A stretch of 64,000 bases of DNA from Cyanophora paradoxa CCMP329. Its lineage: Eukaryota > Plantae > Glaucophyta. The notes below the pieces were generated by a model. It saw only the letters and a list, made by a program, of their open reading frames with translations. It made no database searches and was not told the DNA's origin. The stretch lies in assembly GCA_004431415.1 (NCBI GenBank), contig QPMI01000457.1, positions 310,001-374,000 on the forward strand. Direction: 5' to 3'. Shown in pieces: positions 45,868 through 57,438 of the stretch (position 1 is its first letter; each line of letters opens with the position of its first letter). The position numbers were made by a program, and so were the translations under genes.

Positions 45868-48800
45868 ATGCTGGGAGACGCGACGCCGCTGCTGGGTGAG
45901 CCCGCCGGAAGCAGGGCGATCGCAAGGCGCAATCTTCTCTGGGTGCGCGGCTGGGTCGCCGCGCTCGCGGGCGGCGTCGTCATCCTCCTGCTCCTCGCTG
46001 CGGCGTGCGAGCCTTGCAGGAAGGGCATTTCAGCAGCGCGTAGGGAGCAGCGCGCACACAACATCGATCGCGAGATCGATGGAAACCGAATTTCTCGAGC
46101 TCCAGTTGCAGCTGTGGATGCTGGCCTAGGTACGTATACGTATACTGGTGCATCGCAGCTCTAGATCTTCATGCATATATATATAATCATTGAATTATAA
46201 ATGATCTGACGGCGCCGGCCCGTACGCGTCGTCCCCCAGCGAATCCTCGGCCCCGCTTCCAGCTTGGCTTTATCTCGATGGCGGCCAGAAACGCGCGCCG
46301 CAAAACGATGGAGCCTCTCATGCAAGCGCATTCTCCCCCGCCGGGCCAGCACTCATGGGAGGTGCGTATACGTACGCGCGGCCCTGCGCATGCGCGCGTC
46401 CCCGGCCCGAGGGGGATCCGGCGCCGGCGGCCTAGGCCTTATCACGACCCGGCCGCGGCGCGCCCGTGCACGTATACGTACGCGTGCTTGGACCTGCACT
46501 GCACCTGACGCTTTCTTTCCGCACGGCGGCGGCAGCTGTTTTCGCCCAAGCAGCTTCCGAAGAGCTGGTTCGTCTTATAAATTAATGCGCTTTTAACTGC
46601 TGCCGGCCGTTGCGCCTCGATCGTACTATTAATTATATTAAATATTGTAGTTTGCATGATGACGTCGACTGATCACAAATCCAATGTAAGGGATTGGCGG
46701 ACTGCCGGAGGCCCCAACGTGAACCGTGCGCCGTCCGGATCCAGCCGCGCACACAACACTGTGACAAATTAAATATATAGCACTTTATAGCTAGCTCAGC
46801 CCTTTCGATCAATCTTCGAAACTCTAATCTATCGATTGTGATTCGAAATCGCAGTTCTTTCTCAGAACAACCAGCAGCATTGGGACGTTGTCTCGGTGCA
46901 CGCGACCCCTGATAATGAAATTGAAAACTCACAGAGAACTAAACTCTCTAGATCTTTAGTTCAATTGCAAATCTAACAGCATGCGCAGGGTTGCGGCGCC
47001 TGCTGGGCGTTCTCTTCTGTCCAGGTCGCCCCTACTCCCCGCCCCTCCCCCCCCCCCCCCCCTCCCCCCGCCGGCGGCGCCCCCCCCCCCCCCGCCCCCC
47101 CGCCCCCCCCCTCCCCCCCGGGCCCCCGCCTGGCCCCCTAGCCTCCCTTTCCTCCTGTCTCTCTTCCTCTCTCAATTCGCGCGTCCTTCAGGCACTCAGC
47201 GACCGCATTTCGATCGCACGCAACGGATCTTTCCCATCCATCACCCTCGTAATCCGGGCCCTCCGCCAATATTTTGCCATTAATGGCGACGTCGACCTCC
47301 GCATGCCTGCACCTGCTGATTACAGTGACGTACCCAGGCCCAGCAAGTGCTCCTAAATTGCCAAGATTGCGGCGACTGTGAAGTGCGTCTCGCTGGGCGG
47401 ATTATAATTACGGCGTCTCTTCTAGATCTAGATCTGTCAACATACGTCTGTTAATATTAATGCGCGTGCAGGACGGAGGCGACGCGCACTGCGTCATGGG
47501 CTATGTGCAAAAGGTGCGCTGGGGGCTTTACTTTCCTGCAGCTGCTAGCGCCGCGTGCTTCGAATTCGACATTCTTATTGCGTGCTTCGCCAGTACGGGC
47601 TTCCGGATCACACGTGCCAGCCATACCTCTGCCGGACAGGCAAGGAGTGCACGCCGAACGGAAAGGCGCGCTGCCTCCAGTTCCCGCACTAGTACTGCGC
47701 ACTGGCACCCAAATTCAAATTTCCGAGTTCCGAGCTCACATGCATGTGGCCGTTATACGTATACGCGCATGCGCATGCGCAGGTTGGACACGATAACTGC
47801 CTCCCCGAATGCGAGTGTTTCAACCCCGCGCCCGTTGGGGACACCCGCTAGTGCGCGCGCGGCCCTGTATACATGCAAGGCTTAAGCTTCCGCCTTTCAA
47901 CGTTAATTATAACTTCCGGGCCGTTCCGTCTGATCATGACCCGCGGGTGGTCGCTTTTGCAGCGCCATTACCATCTTCAGGAAGTGGTATTTAATTTTTG
48001 AAGTGCCATCAATCCTATATAGCTAACATAGGCTGTGAATTCGCGCATGTGCAGGTACGTCAAGTATCACGGTTCAATCCCTCCAAACGACGTGCATGCA
48101 ATGAAGGCGCGCTATGATAACGCCCACATATATTTCGAAGCTTGGAATTATGGTCGCGCTGATTGCGAGAGGGGTGCGCAGGCGGAGATTTACGCGCACG
48201 GCCCGATCGTCTGCGTGCGCGAGCCGCGCGGCAGTCGAATTTTAAATTGATTCTTCCAAGAGCGCTTCAAGATCAAGGTCCTTCTCCGAGGCTCGTTTTT
48301 AATGGCCCTTCTGCTCGCAGGCTTTTTATGCTTCCGACTTGTTCCAGTACTCGTGAGCGGACCGGATCCGGATTTGCAAATTGCATGCTGGCCGATCACG
48401 AATGGCTGCGCGCAGGTACGCGGGGGGCGTGTACTCGGAGCCAGGCGACTACGACCCCCCCCAGTTCAACCGTGCGCGCTGAAGCTTAAGCCTGATTACG
48501 ACTTGGCTTTGCGGGCCTAGGCCTGACGCCTAGCCCTCCGGGTCCGGGCGCGTGCTCCGCACCGCGCAGACCAGGTCGCCGTGTCGGGCTGGGGCGTGGA
48601 CGAGCGCGGGCGCGAGCACTGGATCGTGCGGAATAGCTGGGGTGCGTGGCCCCCGCGCCGCATCCTCAAGGCCTCCGCCCTCATCCCCCCCCTCCCCCCC
48701 CTCGCCCTCCCCTCCCCTCTCCCCCCTCCCCTCCTCCCCCTCCCCCCTCCTTCCGCCCTCCCCCCCCCCCCCGCCATTGCGACCGCGATTTTTTGTTTAT

Positions 48801-49170
48801 AATCACGCGGAGACAGGGACGTTCTGGGGCGAAGAGGGCTGGTTCCGCATCCAGATGGGCGGCGATAACCTGGGAATCGAGAAGTACTGCACGGTGCGCG
48901 TCGGCATATGTTCACCCGCGGCCGACCGATTAATATTATAATTAATTCGAATTCCGAGGCCACGCAAGTGGCCATATGCATGCATATGACCCCGGCGCGC
49001 GCTGGCGTACTCTGACCGGTCGCTCAGTACGGCACGATCGATATGGAGCGCAGCGGGCCGGTGCCCCCGACGCCCCTCTCCCACTACTGTACGAATCCCG
49101 GCGCCCCCTCTAGATACCGCGCGCCTTTGAGTTTGACTGCTCGCTGCAGACACGCCCCCTGGTTTTAGGA
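45868..49170 (+). CDS. Cathepsin Z/X-like papain-family (C1A) cysteine protease, many small exons
   Basis: Spliced LPKSW|DWR, QQH...[12 protein letters not shown] (catalytic Cys), [29 protein letters not shown]...QFNH|QVAVSGWG (catalytic His codon split by an intron), WIVRNSWG|[11 protein letters not shown] and NLGIEKYCT. The 5' exons and 3' end are provisional. Confidence 0.85.
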
Positions 49171-49416
49171 CCCCGCCCGACGGAAGCGATAAGCATTGAT
49201 ATTGACTTCGAATTCATGCTCAATTGCAATACACACTGCATCGTACTGGGGCGATATCAATGTCGCTCAGTCACTTTGTGAACTTGTATATATGTCCCGT
49301 AGGTTAACTTGTATATACGCCGTAGGTCAAGTAGAAGACTTGGCAAAACTTGCAATTGAAATTGACTTAGTAGAAAACGTGCAATGAGGCAGAGGGTGGA
49401 CCTCTTTTGAGGGGAT

Positions 49417-51187
49417 TCAACGCCGGACGCAGAGGTTAACAACAGAGGGAACCGGCGCCGCCCAGCTGATCCCCGCCTTCTCGATGGCGCGGTCGTAGAG
49501 CGCAATCGAGCTGCCCGCGGGAGCCTGCGGTGAGAGGGGCGCGAGAGGCGGCGAGGGCGAAGCGGGGCGCATGCGCACTTGTACTCGCCGCAGACGTCCC
49601 TCTCCCAGTACGGGTTGACGTTCCAGGCGTAGCCGCAGTCCGTGCACGAGGCGGACTGCCCGAAGCGCGTCGCCGAGTCGAGGTTGCCGGAGAGCAGGCA
49701 CTCGGCCCCGCTCGGCCTCATCGGGTCGCGGGCGAGGGCGAAGAAGCGGAGGCCGCGGCCGTCCGCCTCGGCGGCGCAGGCGCAGCGGGAGAGTTCGGGC
49801 GTGGCCGGCGCGAAGCCCTCGACACGCAGCATCGTGCCGGTGCCGGAGTTGGCGGTGTAGCAGCCGCGGTAGGTCGAGCTCGAGGTCGAGTTGGAAGGGG
49901 GCGGGCAGTCGAGGTACACGGGCTCCGGTCCGATGGGGGAGGGCGGGCTGTCGGCCGTCTGAAGAGAGGGGGAGGGGCGGGGTGGCCCGAGTGAGCTTGG
50001 CAGCGCTTAGGGAGGTAGCGGGGGGCGCGGGTGCGGGGCGGGGGCCGGGGGCACGGCTGGGGCGGGGGCTACGACGCGTACGGGGGCACGGCGAGGGCCC
50101 GGGGGGGGGGGGGGGAGGGGGGGGCGGGGGAGGGGGGGGGACGGGATAGGGAGGGGCGGAGAGGGAGGGGGAGGAGGAGGGCCGGAGGGAGAGGGAGGTG
50201 TGTGTGTGTACATCTGTGTGTGTGTGGGGGGGGGGGGAGGCGGAGGGGAAGGGGAGGGGCGAGGGGGGTGGGTGGGAAGGGGGCGGAAGGGAAGGGGAGG
50301 GGGCGAGGAGGAGGAGAGGCCGAGGGGGAGGGGGGGGGCGGGGGGGCGGGGGGGGGGGGGGCGGGGGGGGGGCCGGAGCGAGGAGGGCTGCGCACCAAGA
50401 ATCCCATCATGAGGTAGACGGCTTTCAAGCCTGGGGGCAGGGGCGGTCAGGGGGGCCTCTGCGACGACATCGGTGGCTCACTGCCGCCCTTGGGGAATGC
50501 CAAGTACGTGCGGACGCTGAAGACGGCGTTCTTCTTGGCGAGAACGGTGCCCCCGAACCGGACGTTCAATCTAACGTGCGACGTCGGTCGGAGGGGGGCA
50601 AGAGAAGCGGGATGTACAAGAGACGTCTCACGCGTCTTTGTGAGTAGACGGGGCGACCTTGAGCGTTTCCCCGACCTTGACGAACGCCCCGCTGCTGTCC
50701 GCCATGCGCGCCTCGATGACGACGTCCGCCTCGACAGGGCCCATAATGGTGAAGGAGGGCCCCATGGGATAGAGGTCGCTGACCCCGTTCAGCGTGAAGT
50801 TCCATTCGATGTAAGCACCATCGAAAATCGTCGCTGCGCGGCCATGCCGCCGTGGGAAGCGGCCGCGGGGATCAGCAAATTAAAGGATCAACGGAGCAGC
50901 AAGGACCACTCACTTCCGCCGGTGATGACGAGCCCGCCATCGGCGATTGTGAAAGAATATGCCGGGTCAGAGCTCACGGGGCTTAGGGGAGCAACGGTGT
51001 AGAACGGCGTGGATGTGTGCTCCGGGTTGAAGCCTGTGAAGCCGCCGTAGCTGCGGAAATCGAAAAGCGTCGAAGTCGAGGCGCAGTTCGCGCCGAGGAT
51101 GCCGATCTGGAAGGCCGCCGCCAGGAGCAGAGTAGGGAGCACGCCCTTTAGGCTTAGGCTCGGCCCGACGCTGGACTGCATACGCAT
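49417..51187 (-). CDS. Secreted Cys-rich protein with Pro-rich linker and WSC-like C-terminal domain
   Basis: Signal peptide-like GVLPTLLLAAAFQIGILGANCA. C-terminal YRGCY...CACAAEADGRGLRFFAL...ECLLS...SASCTDCG...CG...SIALY follows the WSC cysteine pattern. Confidence 0.55.
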
Positions 51188-52247
51188 CACCGTTAACGAT
51201 CGTGCTGGTCCTTTCGATCGCAATGCGCATGCGGATATCGATCAGCTGCAGTATACGTAGGATCGCGGTGGCGCACGCGTGAACGAACCGTATTCAACTT
51301 AAGGCCTGCTCTACAGCTGCAGGACGCCGTTTCGGACGCACAGCCTGCCAGATTTGGACCTCACGGGGCGGGGGAATGGATCTGTGCAGGATGCGGACGG
51401 TCAGTTGCGGGTGTACGCGCCGGCCTCTTGTCTTATCGTTCGAAGCCTCCAGAATAGAAGACATGCGTCCGACTTACCTAGGCCTGCAGATCTGATCGAT
51501 GCTTGACGGTACCACGCCGTATAGCGTACCCCGTAGCTCGGCGCGAGCCGTGCCTTGTCACAGCTGCAGCGTGCTCTGCTGCGCCGTGCACGTGCACGTG
51601 TACGTATATATAGCGCACAGCTGCAGCTGCGTATACGTATACGCGTACGTATACTATACATGATCATGATCATATGCGCATGCGCACTCGCGCATGCAAA
51701 AATGCGCGCTCATGCTTCAGTCAAATATTATAATTACGTCTTAATAAAGATCTAGAGCCCTACAGCTACACATCAGCTGCAGACGCGAGCCGCTGAGCTG
51801 CAGACCGTCGGACCCGATCGCGAGCCGCTGCAGCCTGGCACGGAACACGGCCTTAGAGGAAACCATGCCGTCAACTGAACTTCGGAAGTGAGCGAGCAAA
51901 AATTCCTCCAAGTAGTATATAAAGAGCCCAAAGAGCCCTACATGTACACATTGATATCAAACCGATCCGAGCACGGATCGGGAAAAGCGAGCCTGCACCT
52001 GGTTGCTAAGTTAACTTAATAAAAAGCAAGACTCTGAGAAGAAACGCGCATCGCGCTACGGATTCAAGAAGAGCCGATGCTAGGCATATATACCAAGAAT
52101 ATCGTACATGCGCTCTAAGCTTTTAAGGCCGCCATGTAGCACGTCGACGTCGATCCCGGAGAAGAGGGGAGTTCGACGCCATGGGAACACGAGCCAAGAC
52201 GAGAAAGGAGGGGGCGCAGGGCCGGCTGAAAAGCCGGGTCATGGTCA

Positions 52248-53888
52248 TCACGAGCAGGGGGCGGGGCCGGCGGCGGCGGCGGCGGCGGCGGCGCGGAGGG
52301 CGTTCAGCTCGGCGGCCATGTGCTCGACCTGTCGCTGTAGCTCCTCGTTCAGGTCGTGCGCCTGCGGGGGGCGGGGGCGGGGGCGGAGGTGGGCAGTGAG
52401 AAGAGGCAACGCGGGGGAGGGGCGGGGCGCACGATCTCGAGGCGCTCGTGCAGGCGGAGGAGCCGCTCCTGCGGGCGGGCGGGCGGGCGGGCGTCAGGCG
52501 GCAGGCGACAGGGGCGCGGGCCGGGGGAAGCTTAAGGCGGCGGGGCTCGCCTCGTTGGCCTTGGCGACGCGGACGAGGTCCCGCGCCTCGCACCGCGCCG
52601 CGTCCCGCTCCCCCAGCGCCCCTGTACTAAGATTAGATCCAGCTGGGAAGGCTTGAAGGCTGGGGAGCGGGCGGGGGCGGACGCTGGAGGCCGGAGACGG
52701 CCTCGGCGAGGCGGTGCCGGAGCGAGTCCTCGGAGGCCAGCAGCTCGGCCTGGGGTGGGGTGAGGCTAGGGCGGGGCGGGGCGGGGCGGGGCGGGGCGCG
52801 CCTCGCGGACGGAGAGGCGGCGCTCCGCGATCTCGGTCTCCTTGGCGGGCTCCGGGGCCGCCGGGAAGCGCCGCACGGTCGGCGGGGCGTGCGCCCCGCC
52901 GCCGCCGCCGGCCGCCGCGGGGCGACTCGTCGCACGCGTGCGCCGGCGGGCACGCGGCCGGCGGTTGCTGCAGCTGCTGCGGCTGCAGCAGTTGCTGCTG
53001 CTGGGAGTGGCGGGCCGCGCCTCGGGGGGGTGAAAGCGGCGGCGGTGTCGGCGTCGAGGGAGGCGGCGCGGCCGCGCGGGGCAGCGGGCGGGCACCTCGC
53101 CCTCGCCCTCGTCCCCCAGACCGCCCCGGCGCCCTCCTCCTCCTCCTCTTCGGAGGAGGTCCAGCCGCCGCGGGGCGGGGCCGAGGCGCAGGCGACGGGG
53201 TCCGGGAGGGATTCGAGGGAGCGCGGGGGAAGAGGCCCGAGCGCGGGGCCGGCGGCGCCAGGCGGCCGGGCCATTGCCACGCCGCCGCGGCCGCCGGGGC
53301 CGCCTCCTCGTCCGAGGCCGCCTCCAGCGCGCAGCCATAGGAGGCCGAGGAGCGCGGCGTGGCGGGCGCGCTGCCGCCGGGCGTGCGCAGGCCGGGGCGC
53401 CGCCGCTCCTCGCCCGGGCTCACCGAGCTGTACCGCCGCTGGGAGCCGCTCTCGTGTATGAGGCGAATGACGCGCGGGGCGAAGAGCGAGGGCCGCCGCG
53501 GCAGGGAGGGGTCCCTCCTCAGCGGCGCCGGCTCTCGGAACGGGTTGGGGGCCTCCTTCCGAGCCTCGGTCGGCTCCGAGCTATTCAGGGGAGAGCATCG
53601 AAGGGGGCGGTCGCCGCTCGACGCCCGCCTCCTCGCCGCCCGATCGCGGGGCGACTCGCACGGCCCCGTGCGCGCCAGCTGCACGTGCGCCCCCGGAACG
53701 CCGCGGGGCGCTTCCGTATCTGCTCCCGGATTAACGTAAGCCGTGCGCCCTCGTCCCGCGCGAAGTAACGCACCGATCAGAGACGGGGGGCCCGAGCCCG
53801 AGCGAGCCAGCGGCGATCCGATGCTGGCCGATCCGGTACCTAGCGGCGGGGCGGCTGCGTCTTCCAGCAGTTCGGATAGAATCTGCAT
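52248..53888 (-). CDS. Hypothetical low-complexity protein with C-terminal coiled coil
   Basis: Spliced coiled-coil exons TEIAERRLSVRE|AELLASEDSLRHRL and AHDLNEELQRQVEHMAAELNAL...CS-stop. Confidence 0.45.
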
Positions 53889-54677
53889 GACCCGTTAAGC
53901 AGAGCGCATCGTAGCGAGCGGCGATCGGCTCCTTATCATATTTGTAGTCTCGGCGTTGCAATCGGTACACAGCGGCGCGTGCGCGCATCGAGACATTCGC
54001 CTCGCACCTGCATCGGGTTTGGACTGTCTGCTGCGGCCCAGTTGCACACGCCAGGCGCCAGCGTCGACAGTCAATTGCAAGGATCGAAAGACGACCTGGC
54101 TCAGCAAGTGGGGGTACGATGACGCGTGGTAAGTCTGGAGCTCGCTCGAGACCCCATGCGCGGTAGTACTGCGCAGCTGCGCATGCGCAGCGCTAAGTGG
54201 GCTCATCCGCGCGCGTAGGGCGCGCATGCGCATATGCTTCGAATCGAATTCGCAAATTCTGCGCATGCAACCGGCGCAGGTGGCCATGGGAGGCATGCGG
54301 CAGCCGGCGCGCGATAAAAATGCATGTGATCGATTGCAACAATTTGCAATAGCCGAGGCCGCTTAGTTACAGATGAAAGTGTTACTCCGGAAGACGGAGG
54401 CTAATAAGACAAACGCGGGCGAATACTTGGCTGAAGGAACCGCGAGACTTTGAAAAAGACGGCAAATACGGAAGCTTAAGTCTGCAAATGCTAGACACGA
54501 AGACTAGAAGATAAAAGCCCTGCGATCTCCTGTACACCACAGCACCGCCGACCTGAGCCCTGAACACTACTGGAGAGCACCGCCATTGGGCGGAAAACGG
54601 GAAAGGGGGAGGATCGGGAGCGCAAAAAAGGGAGAGAAAGCGAAACAAATGCGGGGCGAGGGGCCGCCGGGTCATGA

Positions 54678-57313
54678 TCACCAGGAGAAGAGGCCGAGAG
54701 GCCAGGGCTTGGGCGGGGCGGCCTTGGCGGGCGGGGCGGCGGCCCCGGGCGGCCGTGCGGGGCGCGAGCGCTCCTCCTCCGCCTTCGCCACCGCATCGCG
54801 CATGATCGCCTCGGAGTAATCCTGCGCCGTACCCGCCGAGTCAGAGGGGGGGGGGAGATGCGCGTCGGGGCCGGACGAACGTTCATGCGGCGCCGGAGCT
54901 GACCGTTCTCCGTGAGGAGGTGAACGAGCACGTGGCGGTACGCGTCCTGCGGGAGAGGGGGGTACGTCAGGAAGGAGCCGGAGGGTGGGGGTAGAGGGCG
55001 CGGACCTTGGCGAGGGACGTGGAAGCGGCCTGGCCGTGGGGCCGGGCGCCGGCGCCGGCGGCGCGGCGGGGCGTGTCGGCGGCGGCGGCGGCGGCGGCGG
55101 CGGCCGCGACGACGTTCTTGAGGCCGCAAGGGCACGAGGAGGGCGCGAGGGCCGCGTCCTGGGCCCGCTGCAGGCCCGAGGGCGTGCGGGGCAGGTAGAA
55201 GGGCGAGCAGGGCGGCGGCCGCGGGCTCACGGGGTCCTCGCTGGCGGCCCGCAGGAGCGGGTGCCAGGCGGCGGGGAGGAGCTCGGCGGCGCGCTGGAGG
55301 GCGGCGTCCACGGCGGCGTTGGAGAGGCGGACGAGGCCGAGCGGGTCGCAGGCGGCGCCGTGCAGCGGGTTCAGCACGCGGAGCGATGTCCGGTAGAACT
55401 CGTCGTGCAGCTCCAGCGCCCGCCGAGAGAGCTCCAGCACCTCCGCAGCGAACTCGTCCGCCCCGGCGCCGCCGTTCGTTGGCGGGGCGGCCGCCTCCGC
55501 TGCCGCCGGCCTCTCGGCCTCGGCCGTCCGCTTGGGGAGCGCGAGGGAGGGCACGTGCGGCGGCGGGGGCGGCGAGGCGCGCGCCGCCGGCGGAGGGCCG
55601 CGGGCGCCGGCGGGCGGCGGACCCGGCCTCGCCCTCGTCTTCTGAGGAGGAGGAGGCGGAGGAGGCGGAGGAGAGGGCGGAGAGGGCCGGCGACGGCGGC
55701 GCGCACAGCGCGGCGGCGGCCGGCGCCCCTGTGCGGGCGGCGGGGCCGGGCCGCGGCTCGGGGCGGGGCCGGCCTTGGGCGAGTCGACGCGGACGGTGGG
55801 GAGGGAGCCTTCGGAGGCGGCGGGGGGCCGGGCCGGCGTCGCGGGGGTCCAGGGCGTGCGGGGCCGCTCGAGGGGGCACCCCCGGCGACTGGTGGCCCCG
55901 CGCCGGCGTGCACTCCTCCGCCCCCGCCCGCCGCGCCGGCGTCCCCGGCGGCTCCGCCGTGCCGGCGGGGGCGGGCGGGGCGGGGAGGGCGAGGGCCGCC
56001 CGGGGTGCACATGGAGCCGGCGGCGACCTCCGAGAGCTCGTCCAGCAGCGAGCGCGGCCGCTGCGCCGCCCCCGGCGTCCCCTTCTCGGGCGACCGCGCC
56101 GGCGCCGGGCCCGCGGCGCTGGCCGGCGTGCCGGCGGGCGCCGGGCGGGGCCGGCGTGGTCGAGAACTCGTCCCCCAGGGAGGGCCGCCGCCCCGCCGAG
56201 TGCAGCTTGCTCCTGCCCGGGGCGTCGGCCGGGCCGGGGTCGCGGGGGCGGGCGGGCGGGGCGGGGCGGGGGCGGACGCGGCGAGGAGGGAGCGCTGCCG
56301 GTCGATCGTCTCCCGCAGAGAGTCGATGAGCGCCTGCGCGCCGCTTAGCGAAGCCGAGCGGCCGAGCGGGCGGGGCGTGGGGCGCGCGCCTTGTTGTCGG
56401 ACTGGTTGCGCCGGAGCCGCTGGTTGTCCGCCGCCAGCAGGTCCTTCTCGGCCCGCAGCCGCTCCGCCTCCTCCTCCCGCTCCGCCAGCCGCGCCTCCAG
56501 CGCCGCCGCCCGCCGCGCCTGCTCCTCCGCCCCGCGCCCCGGCGTCGTCGCCGCCGCCGCCTCCCCGTCCCGCCTGCGCTCCAGCTGCTCCTCCAGCGCC
56601 CGCGCGCTCCGCTCCGCGCGCTGCGCCTCGTCCTTGGCGCGCTTGAGGAGGCCCCGGAGCTTCTCGCACTGCGCCCGCGCCTCCTCCGCCTCGCGCTCGC
56701 GCTCGTGCAGGTCCGCCTGCACGGCCCGCAGCTCCCGCTTCGTCGCCTCCAGCTCCCGCTTCGGGTCCAGGTCCGCCACGCTCGAGGGGCGCGAGGGCGG
56801 GCCCCGCGGCGTGTGCTGCGCCGAGCGCGGCGTCGTCGCGTTCGACGACCCGTCGTCCCCCGTCGTCAGCAGCTCGTCGATGAACGACGCCGACTTCCGA
56901 ACTTCCGCCTTCCGCTTCTGCAGCGAGGTCCGTAGCTCCTCTGCCCGGGGCACCCCGCGTCGGCGCGGGAACACTGGAACAGCCGCTGGCGGGGCGGGCG
57001 CGGACCCGTCTCGTGCTGCTGGGCCTTGAGCTGCGAATGCGCTTCGTCGAGCTCTCTCCGCGTCTCTATGAGCTGTCCGGCACCGTCAGCCGGGCCAGCG
57101 GCGCCGGGATCGGCGCCCCCGAAGGCTGCGGAGGTGTCGGTCACGCACCTCATGCTGAAGGGTGCGCATCCTCTCCAACTCTTCGCGCAGCTCCCTGTTC
57201 TCGTTTGCGAGCTGCAGGCCGAGTGCTGCGGCGGCATTCAGCGAGGGCCAGGCGGCGGCGGTTGCGCTCAGAGGCGTACTCGCTGCATGCCGTAGCCTCT
57301 CGGGTGACTCCAT
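54678..57313 (-). CDS. Hypothetical coiled-coil protein, multi-exon
   Basis: LQLANENRELREELERM, KRELEATKRELRAVQADLHERE, DAYRHVLVHLLTENGQLRRRMN|DYSEAIMRDAV...WPLGLFSW-stop. Confidence 0.55.
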
Positions 57314-57438
57314 GAGCTCTTGTGCGTCCGGCGACGGCCCCGTCATTGGGCCAACCGCGGGACGAACGCAAGGATTGGAACCGATGCGCCGATTTGCCCT
57401 CCGCGTACCCCCTCACAACGACTCGTTGGGCGGCAGCA
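57314..57438. promoter_or_regulatory. Very compact divergent promoter with two CCAAT (ATTGG) boxes
   Basis: 125 bp between the inferred divergent ATGs; ATTGG at ~57345 and ~57374. Confidence 0.4.
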
